A DNA stretch of 64,000 bases from Octopus vulgaris (GCA_951406725.2 OX597833.1:49352001-49416000); one strand, 5' to 3'; positions 12,125 through 25,855 are shown, counted from the stretch's first letter. Translations and numbers: made by a program. The notes: generated by a model not told the origin, from the letters alone.

Positions 12125-12522
12125 TCTTTATATATAAAAGTGAGGTTGTGTGTCTGTCTCCTACGATTTAGGTTCCTAACTACTCCCACATTTTGCGGTG
12201 CAGTTTAACCAAAACCGGGTATCTTATAGTCGTGATTCATATCGAGCCCTTCTGGGTATTAGCGCGCGTCTACGATGAGTCTACGATTTAAAAAAAAATT
12301 TACCATAATTTTTTTCCATTTTAATGCATTTTTTCGCTATTATATAGGGGAAGTAACTCTCTAAAAATGTCTACAATGAGTCAACGATTTAAAAAAAAAT
12401 TACCGTCATTTTTTTTTCCATTTTTAATGCATTTTTTTGCTATTTTTTGGCTATAACTCTCTAAAAATGCTTATATAGTTATTTCCCTTACAAACCCGAG
12501 GAACGCCGGGCGATACTGCTAG
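12125..12522 (+). mobile_element. Non-autonomous Helitron, copy 2, joined head-to-tail to copy 1
   Basis: Junction CTAG|TC at 12124/12125. Ends cccgaggaacgccgggcgatactgCTAG followed by T. Confidence 0.88.
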
Positions 12523-12652
12523 TATATATATATATATAATAAGAGAAAATAATAGCTTTAATGGTTTTTAAAAAGCCAACAATTATTTACTGGTAGATTT
12601 CAGCATGTAAATATAACCATTAACGGTAGGAACTTCTATAAAAGTTTAATAT

Positions 12653-13076
12653 AGGCGCATGAGTGGCTGTGTGGTAAGTAGCTTGCTAACCAACCACATG
12701 GTTCCGGGTTCAGTCCCACTGAGTGGCATCTTGGGCAAGTGTCTTCTGCTATAGCCCCGGGCCGACCAATGCCTTGTGAGTGGATTTGGTAGACGGAAAC
12801 TGAAAACAGTCTGTCGTATATATGTATATATATGTATATATGTATATGTGTGTGTGTTTGTGTGTGTGTGTTTGTCACCCTAGCATTGCTTGACAACCGA
12901 TGCTGGTGTGTTTATGTCCCCGTTACTTAGCGGTTCGGCAAAAGAGACCGATAGAATAAGTACTGGGCTTACAAAGAATAAGTCCCGGGGTCGATTTGCT
13001 CGACTAAAGGCGGTGCTCCAGCATGGCCGCAGTCAAATGACTGAAACAAGTAAAAGCGTAAAAGAGTAAAGAGAGT
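12653..13076 (+). mobile_element. SINE family A, full length
   Basis: From head aggcgcatgagtggctgtgtgg to tail ggcggtgctccagcatggccgcagtcaaatgactgaaacaagtaaaag. Confidence 0.93.
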
Positions 13077-13274
13077 ATATATTTTGCATATAAATAAAAA
13101 AGGCAGGCAACAGGTTGCTTAGCCACATACCGAAAAAATTAGAAATAGCAGTCAAAGACTGTTTATTTCTATTTTCTACAAATAAGACTCCACATACGAC
13201 ATATCCCTATAAATATATATATACGCTACAGTTTCCCGTTTTTCTTTCGCAACAATTCTATGTTTACTATTCTA

Positions 13275-13841
13275 TTGGGTTGTCCGGAAAGTTCGTGCCG
13301 ATTTTAAAAGAAAGAAAACGGTCAATAAATACTTGCCATTACATTTTAAATCAACGAAATATGAACCATTTTGTTGCACAATGCGTCTCCATCTTTCCTT
13401 TAACTTGAAAATACCCCCTTCCCAGAATTGAGGTGGTTTCATGGCAAAGAATTCCTCATCGAGGTATCTTTTTACGTCATCCAAGGAATTGAAATTTTTA
13501 CCATTAAGACTATTCTGCAGAGACCTGAATAAGTGGAAATCCGAAGGAGCAATATCTAGTGAATTTTGAGGGTGGGGTAACACATCCCAGCCGAGCTGCA
13601 GCAAATTTTGTCTGGTTAAAAAAAAAACATGTGCCGAAAATGAATTTCTTATCTTCCATTTTAAAGGGTTACAGAATTGACACAGGTTATAGGAACATAA
13701 ACCTTCTTCCACGAAACGATAGCTTAAACTGTGCTCTAAATGGAGGTGTAGTCAAATCCTATTTTATGGACTCAACCATGTTCTAAAATAAGTCGAAAGG
13801 AAAGCTACTATAAATCGGCACGAACTTTCCGAACAACCCAA
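13275..13841 (-). mobile_element. Internally deleted mariner element, copy 2
   Basis: Same TIRs, TA flanks at 13273-13274 and 13842-13843. Remnant LGWDVLPHPQNSLDIAPSDFHLFRSLQNSL...KLKERWRRIVQQNGSYF. Confidence 0.95.
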
Positions 13842-14235
13842 TATTTTGTATATTTTATTCTCTTTCTATATCTTCGAACGACACACTCAAGTGTTGAGAA
13901 GCCAGCCTTAAGCAATGTCACTAATGGGAAACAAACTATTAATATTCGTTGCGAGTCTGATTGTCGGCTTTTGCGATTTTCCTAAAAAGCATTAAAGTTT
14001 CTCTAAAAAGTATTACATTCCAAGATGGGCACTGATGTACAGTACATGTTGAATTAGATTTCCTTTTTCAATTTGCGGTAAATATTCCCTGGAAAAGTAA
14101 TAAATTACACCTCTTCATATGATACGAATGAAAAATATGGCAGAGAGAGCAGAACTAAGAGGGGTCAGAGAGAAAGATATAAAGGGAGAGGAAGTAGGAG
14201 AACTACAACAAAGAGATTTATCGTATATCTGTCAC

Positions 14236-14625
14236 TTGTATTAGTCACTGGACTGCGGCCTTGCTGGGGCACTATCCAAGAGTGTTTATTCGAACAAATG
14301 GTCCTTAGAACTTAGATCTTTTTTTGAAGCATGTTACTTATTCTATCGGTCTCTTTTGACGAACCGCTAAGTTACGGGGATGTGAACACATCAACAGCGG
14401 TTGTCAAGCGATGGTAGGTGAACAAACACAGACACACACACACATATATATACATATATACACATATACACATACACAACGCGTTCTTTCAATTTCCGTC
14501 TACAAAATCCACTCACAAGGCTTTGGTCGGCCCGAGGCTATACTTGAAGACACTTACCCAAGGTGCCACGCAGTGGGATTGAACCCGGAACCATGTGCTT
14601 GGTAAGCAAGCTACTTACCACACAG

Positions 14626-14627
<2 letters not shown>
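14236..14627 (-). mobile_element. SINE family A, diverged
   Basis: Family A tail, body and head are recognisable. Confidence 0.85.
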
Positions 14628-14709
<82 letters not shown>

Positions 14710-15598
14710 CAACACACACACACACACATACACATCAACACAGCTTCTGCCAACTATATTCACTCGCAGGGTATTGGTCGACCCGAGGCAATAACAGAAG
14801 ACGCTTACCAAAGTCTCCGCTTAGCGGGACTGAACACGAAATCACTTGGTTTGCCAAACGAATTTTCTAGGTGAACATGTTGGCATCGATTTATAAAAAA
14901 AAAAAAAAATGGAAACGAAAGACATAACAACAATACAACTGTAATAGTTGCGAACGGTGAAGAAAAGTAACAGAAGCCTGAAGCGACGGACGATGTATAA
15001 GAACTGGTTTAATAATGTAATGGAATATGTAAATTATAGAAGAAAATTAACGATTTATGGCTGAATGAGATGAAACGAAGGTGGGGTGATAGAAGGAAAG
15101 AGTGGATGAGAAAGAACTGATAACAAGAGAAGGAGAAGGAACGACAGAAAGACTGAAGAATTGATGAAGTGGTTAATAAAAAGTTATTTATTGAGAAAAG
15201 GAAGGAAATTAGTCAGTATGAAATTTATTGAATTATGGTTAGGTATCAGATGACTTTATTACTTAATGGATAGAATTGTTACATTTTCCATGAACTAATT
15301 AAATTGATTAATTAAAACCGGTAATTATTTCTAATACAATCAAGAATTATAATGTTCGCAGACATTTGTTGCTGTCTAGAGTTCATGGAGTGACAGACTT
15401 TTAGTGGAAAATTTGATGCTGGTACTGTTTCGCACCGAAGTTTGCTTTTCGTTTGACATCAAACAATTATGCTTTTCAAACTTCGGCTTCAAAAAAAAAA
15501 AAAAAAAGGCGATATGGTGGCAGAATCGTTAGCACACTGGAGAGGAAAAGTCTCGGGCCTTGTGCCTAGTGTAGAAAAGGAATATTAATGAAAAAGAA

Positions 15599-15990
15599 GG
15601 CGGCGAGCTGGCAGAAACGTTAGCACGCCGGGCGAAATGCGTAGTCGTATTTCGTCTGCCGTTACGTTCTGAGTTCAAATTCCGCCGAGGTCGACTTTGC
15701 TTTTCATCCTTTCGGGGTCGATTAAATAAGTACCAGTTACGTACTGGGGGCGATATAATCGACAGAACCCGTTTGTCTGTCCTTGTTTGTTCCCTCTGTG
15801 TTTAGCCGCTTGTGAGTAGTAAAGAAATAGGTATTTCGCCTGCCGTTACGTTCTGAGTTCAAATTACGCCGAGGTCGACCTTGCCTTTTATTCTTTCGGG
15901 GTCGATAAAATCTGTACCAGTCGAGCACTGGGGTTCGATGCCATCGACTTCCCCGCCTCTACATTGCAGGTCTTGTGTCAAAATTTGAAA
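15599..15990 (+). mobile_element. SINE family B dimer
   Basis: Head plus two units, ending gcaggtcttgtgtcaaaatttgaaa. Confidence 0.88.
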
Positions 15991-17022
15991 TGAATCTTCG
16001 GCTTTTGAGTCTTTTGTTTCGCTTTCACCCATAGAAAGTATTTTCATAGCTCCTGTGCTCGCTGTGGCTGTTAGAAATAGAAACCAAATGTCTGGACAAT
16101 TGGTGAAGATCAAGTCAGCGCATTATTTACACTGTCATGTATTTCTTTATTGAACATTTTTACCCATTGCCCTGTAGTTGTTGCCTCTCATTGAAATTCC
16201 CCTACTTTGGCTCTGTGAGTGCGATGATAGTAATCTGTAAAGTCTCAGCTATCTTTTTCACTTCTGAATAGCACAACAATCCGAACCAACATTTTATCGT
16301 TGAACCATTTCTCTGCCAGGGAACTTCTTTCATCTTTAGTATTTCTTACATTAAAATAGTGTTACTTCTTTAAAAGGTACGTATTGTCTGTGTGTGTAGC
16401 TACTACATGTCGGCTAAAACTGAAGAGAAATTGTAAAAAAAAAAAGGCAGAATTTTTTGATGAGAAGCGAAATGTTTCTAAAGCGAACTTCTCAGATGTG
16501 GTACAAAACTGAACTAGCACTGAAAGAATGTCAGTTCGCTTATCAGAAGGACAGCCTACACAAAGATCCTTAATTGTCATTGACTCTAGATCCCTAAATT
16601 CAAATAAGTTTCATGAAAAAGCACAATTCACATATCTGAATAAAATGTACTCGTAGTTTGAAGCTAATCTTCTCCGATAGAATAGAAGAAAACAATGGGA
16701 AATGATTTAACTGTGCCTATAAAAATCATTACTTGGTGACGAAAACTTTAGGGTTATCACAAAATCCCACAGGTTTATTGAGCATTATATCTTGATAATC
16801 AGAAGGAAATAAGTGAATCCTTTTAGTGATAGTGCCTTGTTTAAAACCACCACCTGGTCCTTAGGTGTCTATTTTGTTGCAGGCGTTCTATGCGTATCCT
16901 CCGTCTGAAGATAACTTTTTTCCTCTCACCAACCACCAGGCGAAGGAACCCTGAGAAGGTTTAGAGACGCAGCTGTTTCTCCCTTGACTTAGCCTTTAAT
17001 TAAGTGATGATACTATTATCAA

Positions 17023-17359
17023 GTGAAGACGCATGGCTCAGTGGTAAGAACGTCGAGCTTACGATCGTGAGGTTGTGAGCTCGAATCCAGGACCAGGCTG
17101 CGTGTTATGTTATTGAGCAAGACACTTTATTTCACGTTGCTCCAGTTCACTCAGCTGTAGAAAGGAGTTGCATTGTCACTGGTGGCAAGCTCTAACGGCC
17201 CCTTTGCGTTTCCCTTGGATAACACTGGTAGCGTGGAGAGGGGAGGCCGGTATGCATGGGCATCTGCTGGTCTTCCATAAACAACCTTGCCTGGGAGGGT
17301 AACTTTCTTGGTGCAATCCCATGGTCAGTGTCGTGACCGAAGCGAGGTCTCAAACCCAG
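17023..17359 (+). mobile_element. SINE family D (tRNA head, CORE-like ttgagcaagacactttatttcac)
   Basis: A-box TGGCTCAGTGG and B-box-like gagctcgaatcc. 11-bp TSD actattatcaa (17012-17022, 17360-17370). A second copy lies at 39010-39332. Confidence 0.88.
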
Positions 17360-18297
17360 ACTATTATCAACGCCTTTAACAACTCTGCATTTACGTTCGA
17401 GAGGATCCGTAAAGTTTCGAATCTTCAAAAACCACTTCTGATTTTTAGAAGTTGGTGAGATTTTTGAAGACTTTCTAAAATTTTAGCTAACATCACAATA
17501 CGAGGCATACTTTTAGGTTTAGCAATAAAATAATCTCATTTTCTCCCTCTGATTATATCCTATTTATCAATTACTTATTTAATCGACACTAAACTTGTAT
17601 AATCTTAATCCTGATTTAGTTCCAGCTTAATGATATATTAATCAAAGCAACATTTTCATAAATTAGGGTTAAACAATGGTTAACCACTTAATCTGCTGCC
17701 GACTTTGTTTCTAAGAGAATTCTCACTGTAAGTCATATCCGACAACATTTAATGAAAGAAGTCAAATGCCACCAGCTAAATGCGATCAAAACTTTTAAAG
17801 CGAAGTTTGAAGTGGCTTTTAATTGGAAGAGCTTAAAAAAAAATCTTTATTTCTTATCTGAATCTACAAGTATCACAGAAACAAAATTCCAAAAATGATG
17901 CTATTTTCGCAGTTAGTATTTCAAACCAAGAAATGTAGCAACGAAAATCTAATTATAAATTATAAATACGACTGGAAACATTTCATAAAAAAAAATAGTG
18001 TCACAATTTAACTTTCAAGATTACTGTTTATAACTTCAAGTTTTTTATAAGTATAAAATTAAAAACATTTTGAATGGGTGGGCGTGCAGGTGAATTGAGT
18101 CGTATAAATGTACAAATACTTTCGAGACATTGCTTGAAGATTTTGCCTCCACAGGAAGTGTACCGAACTAGAGAAAATTCTTTCTTGATTGCTGGTGTTT
18201 TTTTTTTTATCACTCACTACTAGCTTTAGCTTCAGTGTATCTTTTCAGTTTGTTTGAACTACCACTATCATTTTTATCGCAAATTTTTTTTTACTTA

Positions 18298-18455
18298 TTT
18301 CTTTATTGCCCACAAGGGGCTAAACATAGAGGGGACAAACATGGACAGACAAAGGGATCAAGTCGATTACATCAACCCCAGTGCGTAACTGGTACTTAAT
18401 TTATCGACCCCCAAAAAGATGAAAGGCAAAGTCGACCTCAGCGGAATTTGAACTC
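18298..18455 (-). mobile_element. SINE family B, partial unit
   Basis: tttctttattgcccacaaggggc...gcggaatttgaactca. Confidence 0.85.
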
Positions 18456-18621
18456 ATTCAAAATGGGGTGATTATAATCAAAATAAGCAACAAGGATATC
18501 CTTGTTGCTTTTTTTGAGTATATATATATATATATATAGTAAGCAATTAAGGGTTTAGCAACGAATTGCCTTACCACACACCGAATTTAGAAATAGCAGT
18601 CAAAGAGATTATAGCTATTTC

Positions 18622-18699
<78 letters not shown>

Positions 18700-18942
18700 A
18701 TATTCTTTTATTCTTTGTTTCAGTCATTTGACTGCGGTCATGTTGGAGCATCGCCATTAGTCGAGCAAATCGACTCCAGGACTTATTCTTTGTAAGCCTA
18801 GTACTTATTCTATCGGTCTCTTTTGCCGAACCACTAAGTTACGGGGATGTAAACCCACCAACATCAGTTGTCAAGTAATGCTGGACACACACACACACAC
18901 ACATACGACGGGCTTCTTTCAGTTTCCGTCAACCAAACCCAC
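18700..18942 (-). mobile_element. SINE family A, 3' half
   Basis: Family A tail and body up to cagtttccgtcaaccaaacccac. Confidence 0.85.
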
Positions 18943-18944
18943 TG

Positions 18945-18982
<38 letters not shown>

Positions 18983-19842
18983 GCTGCTGCTGCTGATGCT
19001 GCAGCTACTATTACTACTACTACTACTACTTCTACTACTACTACTAATGTTCCTTCAAATATTTCCGCTTTGTTGTTGCTGAGTGCTCAGCTATTTTATG
19101 AACGTTGTTTCCACCAGTAAGAATATTCTGTGTATATTCAACACAGGAACTATAAATATATTATTTCTTACATGGGAACTGTTTATTTATTCCCTTTAAC
19201 TTCTGTGATTTTCTTTTTTGTTGAAACAAAACCAAAACACACGCGCGAATATGGTTCTGGAAGGACCCAAGCACATTTCTCTCATCCTTCATGTATATGC
19301 ATGAATGTGTGAGCGTGTGCGCGAGTGTATGAGAAAGCGCGCGCTTGTGCATGTTTATATATATGCGTGTTCGTGCGCAAAAAGCTATTTCACGCGAGAT
19401 CATGATGAAAATCTGCTTCTGTTGGCTGAAGAAATGATCTTGAAAAACGAGTATATAAGAAGATTAAAAAAAAAAAGCGAAAAGAAAAATAAAGAAAGAG
19501 GAAAAGGAGAAGGCAATGAAATATTAAAACCATGGTAATGTTCCGGTGAAGTTGATTGTGTGAATTTTAAATGAACTTATCTTAAGTTCAGAATGAAAGA
19601 TAAGGGAGAAGGAAAACAATGGAAGAAGTAACAGAAATACATTAAAACAGAAAAACAGTGGGGAAAAGATAGCAAAAATGTTATCAATAAATCCATGTTT
19701 GCATTTTCTTTTATGCAAGGTAAATTCAAATATGTAAATTCAAAAATGAAGCAAGTTCAAAATATTTATTTCAAACAGCGTTCTTCGAAAGTAGCCAGTA
19801 AAAAAACTAAATAGATAATACATACAATTTATGAATATATAT

Positions 19843-20008
19843 ATCACCGTGGTCACCGTGACCGACAAGGCTATCAGATGTTGTGACACATCGCTGGTCA
19901 CAATGCACTTCGGATTGTTTTAACCTTCAAATGATGCCACCCCGCTGGCTAAGCGAGCAGGCCAACAGAAGAAAGAGTGAGAGAAAGTTGTGGCGAAAGA
20001 GTACAGCA
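19843..20008 (-). mobile_element. SINE family C variant, 3' part
   Basis: Shares gaaagagtgagagaaagttgtggcgaaagagtaca with the 22769 copy but has a different tail. Confidence 0.7.
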
Positions 20009-20036
20009 ATCATCCATAATATTCATATGTAAAATC

Positions 20037-20109
20037 CGTTATATTATCTTGTATTCCAAATATAGTTCATATAGTTAGAACTATATTTGGAATACAAGAT
20101 AATATAACG
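20037..20109. repeat. Perfect 32-bp inverted repeat with a 9-nt loop
   Basis: cgttatattatcttgtattccaaatatagttc (20037-20068) / gaactatatttggaatacaagataatataacg (20078-20109). Confidence 0.95.
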
Positions 20110-20306
20110 AATAACCAAGGAAGTATATATGGATTTAAAAAACTCTCATCAAAAGCAGTAATTTTTAATTTTTAAATTATCTTTCAAACACCATTTTATA
20201 ATTTTACTTCAAATTTAAAATAGCAAACTATCATTCGATATGTTATACAGAATTCAAATTTTATATCTCTGAAGAGCAGAAGCGTTGTCTATAAATGCTT
20301 ATCAAT

Positions 20307-20519
20307 ATACTCTTTTACTCTTTTACTTGTTTCAGTCATTTTGACTGTGGCCATGCTGGAGTACCGCCTTTAGTCGAGCAAATCGACCCCGGGACTTATT
20401 CTTTGTAAGCCCAGTACTTATTCTATCGGTCTCTTTTGCCGAACTGCTAAGTGACGGGGACGTAAACACACCAGCATCGGTTGTCAAGCAATGCTAGGGG
20501 AACAAACACAGACACACAA

Positions 20520-20568
<49 letters not shown>

Positions 20569-20728
20569 GGCTTCTTTCAGTTTCCGTCTACCAAATCCAC
20601 TCACCTGGCATTGGTCGGCCCGGGGCTATAGCAGAAGACACTTGCCCAAGATAGCACGCAGTGGGACTGAACCTGGAACCATGTGGTTGGTTAGCAAGCT
20701 ACTTACCACACAGCCACTCCTGCGCCTA
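20307..20728 (-). mobile_element. SINE family A, full length
   Basis: Complete tail-to-head match. Confidence 0.93.
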
Positions 20729-21304
20729 GGACATTTTCTACCCTTATTATTTTCACAGTAAAAGTTTCGTAGTTCCAAAGTCTTCCTGGTACGCAGTTTT
20801 AATTATTATTATTATTATTTACTGCCGAATGTAACTTCGCTTGCACGGTGGATTTCAAAAATTAAAATGTATAAGCTATTTGCTGCATAAATATGCATTA
20901 ATTTTAGCAAGTACGGATGGCAAATAAATATATTTTGACCATTGAGTCTGAAGGTAACTACAAAAATATTTTTTATTTTCATTCCCTTCGAAATCTGGTC
21001 TTATTCGTAGTTTGGGCTTTAACTGCCCTTTCTAGCATGTAAAGTGTCCTATCAAAGATCACCTCTTTCGTGTATAAATACGTAAATTGTCTGTACACTA
21101 TTATATATGAAAATATGTTGTCTATTGACTTTATTACACATGCTAGCCACCGGTATGAAATTTTTTCTAAATTTTCTACCCTAATTATTTTCACAGTATA
21201 TATATATATATATATATAGCAAGGAAAAATTGTAAAAATGCAGAATGCTAAATTGAAAGAAAATTTTAATGCAAATGGGTGTATGGAAAAAGTTTTTGAA
21301 AAAT

Positions 21305-21382
<78 letters not shown>

Positions 21383-21612
21383 ACAGTCATCTTTTAGTTT
21401 TCACCTACCAAATCTACTCAAAATGCTTTTGTCGGTTCGAGAATATAGGAGAAGAAAGTTGCTTAAGGTGCTATGCAGTGGAACTGGACCCGGAGCCATG
21501 TGGTTGGGAAGTAAAAAAAAAAAAAAACAGAGAAAAAAGGCAAGAAAAAATAACAGCGCGAGGACGTAGTACACGAAAAGCATTAATAAGACGCTCAGAA
21601 AAGGAAAGAAAG

Positions 21613-21658
21613 TGTCTCTTACGTTTCGAGCAAGACTCTTCTTCAGCAACAAGAGACA
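21613..21658 (-). ncRNA. Minimal type I hammerhead-like motif
   Basis: Minus strand reads tgtctct-tgttg-CTGAAGA-a-gag-tcttg-ctc-GAAAC-GTA-agagaca. The 7-bp flanking stem tgtctct/agagaca is offset from the core by 5 nt. Confidence 0.55.
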
Positions 21659-21712
21659 GAGGAAAGTCCGAGAGAAAAGGAATACGGAGGAAAAAAAGCG
21701 CCAACAGTCCAC

Positions 21713-22125
21713 AGGTGTAGGAGTGGCTGTGTGGCAAGTAGCTTGCTTACCAACCACATGGTTCTGGGTGCAGTCCCATTGCGTGGCATCTTGGGCAAGT
21801 GTCTTCTACTATAGCCTGGGGCCGACCAAAGCCTTGTGAGTGGATTTTGTAGACGGAAATTGAAAGAAGCCCGTCGTATATATGTATATATGTGTGTGTG
21901 TATGTGTGTGTATATGTTTGTGTCTGTGATTGTCCTCGCTACGTCGCTTGACAACCGATGCTGGTGTGTTTACGTCCCCGTAACTCAGCGGTTTGGCAAA
22001 AGAGACCGATAGAATAAGTACTAGGCTTACAAAGAATAAATCCTGGGGTCGATTTGCTCGACTAAAGGCGGTACTCCAGCATGGTCACAATCAAATGACT
22101 GAAACAAGTATAAGAGTAAAGAGAG
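21713..22125 (+). mobile_element. SINE family A, full length
   Basis: From head aggtgtaggagtggctgtgtgg to tail gactgaaacaagtataagagtaaa. Confidence 0.92.
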
Positions 22126-22191
22126 AATATATATGTATGCATGTATCTATCTAGCTATCAATCTACATATTTGTCTGTCTGTCTGTTTGTG

Positions 22192-22281
<90 letters not shown>

Positions 22282-22768
22282 CACATATACAGGAAACTGT
22301 AGCGATGCTTATTATGAATGCCATCAATATGCCTGATTGAAAAGACCTCAGGGATGCATTTTACATGCTACCAGGCCAAATACCTATGTAGCGGTGTTAA
22401 GTGGGTGACTCTCAAATATGGAACATTGTAGGTTGAAAAGTCATCGATCAACCGAAATTATCCGAATAATTAATTAGCAGACGATAATGCGTTCGTAGTA
22501 GGTCTATACGAAAGAAATAAAGAAAGGAAAAGAAGAAGAAGTATCCATTTCACTTGACTTATGTCGCTTACGCCCATCAGAAATCTCTGAGAGTAATATT
22601 ATCCTACAACCTTTTCTTGTAAAATGTTAGGAATATGTTCAGCCGCAGAAGATCATGACACCATGATAAAGTCATCACTAAGTACACGGAAAACCGATGC
22701 TATATGAAACTTTACGCCCCAAAAGCCATTTGTATTCCAATACTTTAACCGCCGCTAATTTAGTCTGT

Positions 22769-23082
22769 GTGGAGGGCAATGGCCCAGTGGTTAGGGCAGC
22801 GGACTTACGGTCGGAGGATTGCGGTTTCGATTCCCAGACCGGGCGTTGTGTGTGCTGATTGAGCGAAAGCACCTAAAAGCTTCACGAGGCTCCGGCAGGC
22901 GGTGGGTGGCGACCCCTGTTGTACTCTTTCGCCACAACTTTCTCTCACTCTCTCTCTCTTCCTGTTTCTTGAGTTGCGCTGCGATGGATTGGTGTCCCGT
23001 CCAGCTGGGGGGAACACATACGCCACAGAAACCGGGAAACCGGGCCCATGAGTCTGGCTAGGAGTGAAAAGGGCGAAAAAAA
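22769..23082 (+). mobile_element. SINE family C (tRNA head; V-domain-like ctgcgatggattggtgtcccgtccag)
   Basis: A-box TGGCCCAGTGG, B-box GGTTTCGATTCC and an A-rich tail. TSD aatt(t/a)gtctgt-like 12-mer with one mismatch at 22757-22768 and 23083-23094. Confidence 0.85.
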
Positions 23083-23766
23083 AATTTTGTCTGTACATGC
23101 TGTGGTACAATGATGCGCACACGAAGTTTATATGGACTTAAAGAGATCGCAGTTTGTGACCATAGTCCCAACAGCACTATTTGACATAGTTTCCCAATCT
23201 CCTTAATTCCAACGGTACAATATAACGCCTCTACTAAAATCTCAATTTCCACAATTCCAACAGATCACTATAAAACAACTACCATAACTCCAACAGTACC
23301 ATATAACACTGCAACCTAAACAACAGCACTGTTGTGGGTTGGTGTAGTAGGATCGGTTGAGCACCAATAATTTTCCGTCTTTACGTTCTAAGATCAAATC
23401 ACGTCGATATTTGTTATTTCATATTTCCGGTGGGGGCAGTTAAGTATTGACGTTAATTTATTCCTGTTTCACCATAAAAAATGTTTGGTTTTATGTCATT
23501 GTTGAAAATTATTATCAAATGTAGGATAAAAATGTGTGTACTTTACCGAACTGAAGTTCGCCTTTGTGTGTTTGTGTGTGTGTGGTTTAATCTTAAATTA
23601 AGTCAGAAAGTAGCTGTAACTGTAAAAAGACATATAACTGCCTCTTAAGGGAAAAATAGCTATAGTTAAGTTAAACGGAAACTAGAGAGTGTTTTCGTAG
23701 TTCTGCTATAGAGATCAATATGAAGCTGCCTTCGGCAAAATGGTTACATGAATTAAAAACGTATTG

Positions 23767-23804
<38 letters not shown>

Positions 23805-24036
23805 AGAGAGAGAGAAAGAGCAAAAAATGTCGAAACAGCTCTCTCTCCATATATTTTTTGTTCGTTCTGAATGAAGCAGCGAGTGCAGGTATGTAATTAT
23901 GGCAGTACTTTCAGGCAATCATTTCATGCTTGGTCAACCAGATCATCTAAAATCGATCGGCTATTGATTTTTATGACGTTTTTGTCGAGAAGAGAAGAAA
24001 CTATATAGAAAACAGATGGTAAAATTCCGATGCATT

Positions 24037-24070
24037 GTCTTTCTTTCTTACTTTCTTTCTTTCTTTCTTA

Positions 24071-24162
<92 letters not shown>

Positions 24163-24420
24163 TTTTTCTTCTTCTTCTTCTTCTTCTTCTTCTTCTTCTT
24201 GTATTTCGTTGTTGTTTTTGTTCTTCATATAATTTCTTTATTCTTGTTGTTGTTGTTCTTCTTCTTGCTCTTCTTTTCTCCATCAACTTATCTTGCTGTT
24301 GTTATTGTTATTGTTGTAGTTATCCCTCCTCATCACCATCATCATCATCATCTACCTCAGCTATTCTCTTCACCTTCTCTAGTTGTTGTTTTTGTTGTTG
24401 TTGTTGTTCTTCTTATTTTT
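24037..24420. repeat. Compound (TTTC)n/(TTC)n/(TTG)n/(CAT)n microsatellite
   Basis: Directly visible. Confidence 0.95.
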
Positions 24421-24558
24421 TTGTTCAGCTAAAAGTAGAATTATAAAAAAAATGAAAGAATGACTGGGAAAATAATAGATTGTCATATGGATTTCTTGCC
24501 AAGACTACCTTTGCGCTTCTCACGTGATCTCACCCCACCTTCTCCGTACTCATTCTCC

Positions 24559-24637
<79 letters not shown>

Positions 24638-24748
24638 CTGCGTGCGCGTGTGTGTACATGTGTATGTATGTGTGCATATCCTATATCGACAATTATGTAT
24701 CTACTTTTCTACCTCTCTCTCTATATATACATATACACATAAATTTAT

Positions 24749-24800
<52 letters not shown>

Positions 24801-24804
24801 AATA

Positions 24805-24857
<53 letters not shown>

Positions 24858-24952
24858 TATATATATATATGGATTATGCACACACACATATATACTTATA
24901 TATATACACACATAGATATGTATGTGTAAATATGTATGAATATTTAAATGCA

Positions 24953-25017
<65 letters not shown>

Positions 25018-25329
25018 CTCTATCTATCATGGACACTGTCTTCGATTTCTGGTACAATCAATCAGTCGGGCTTCAAGCCAGTTTCCAGCTACCCAAATTC
25101 ATTCACTTTGGCTAATCCTAGGATATAGTAAAGATACCCAATATATCACATCCTAGAATAAAAACCGGAACCTTGCAATTACAAAAGAAACTTTTTGATG
25201 ATTTGAGCATTATGTTTCTGTGTAACAGTCAGGCTATCTCTAATAATATGCACAACACAGAACCAATAAACCTTCATGAGTAACCTCTGTAAGCTTCAAA
25301 ACTTTTTAAATTCAATATTTGGTTCTATT

Positions 25330-25855
25330 AATGTTAGCACGCCAGGAAATAATTTTAGCGGTATTTCACCCGTCTTCATGTTCTGGGTTCAAAAGCCGCC
25401 GATGTCGACTTTGCCTTTCATCCTTTCGGGGTCGATAAATTCAGTACCAGTTACGCACTGGGGTCGATATAATCGACTTAATCCGTTTGCCTGTTCTTGT
25501 TTGTCCCCTTTGTATTTAGCCTCTTGTGGGTAGTAAAGAAATATATATTTCGTCAAAGGCGGCGGGCTGGCAGAATCGTTAGCACGCAGGGCGAAATGCT
25601 TAGCGGTATTTCGTCTGCCGTTACGTTCTGAGTTCAAATTCCACCGAGGTCGACTTTGCCTTTCATCTTTTCGGGGTCAATTAAATAAGTACCAGTTACG
25701 CAGTGGGGTCGATGTAATCGACTTAATACCTAAGTCTGTCCTTGTTTATCTTCTCTGTGCTTAGCCCCTTCTGGGTAGTAAAGAAATAGGTATTTCGCCC
25801 GTCTTCACGTTCTGGGTTCAAATGCCGCCGATGTCGACATTGCCTTTTATTCTTT
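25330..25855 (+). mobile_element. SINE family B nested/tandem cluster
   Basis: Two heads and three B-box units. Confidence 0.85.

Noticed and set aside
16000-16620. Possible decayed hAT transposase fragment
   Set aside because: Only a vague resemblance in one short peptide, with no TIRs or catalytic motifs.
22769-22850. tRNA gene
   Set aside because: A and B boxes are present, but the sequence runs into a SINE body with a TSD and has no proper acceptor stem or terminator. All tRNA-like segments here are SINE heads.
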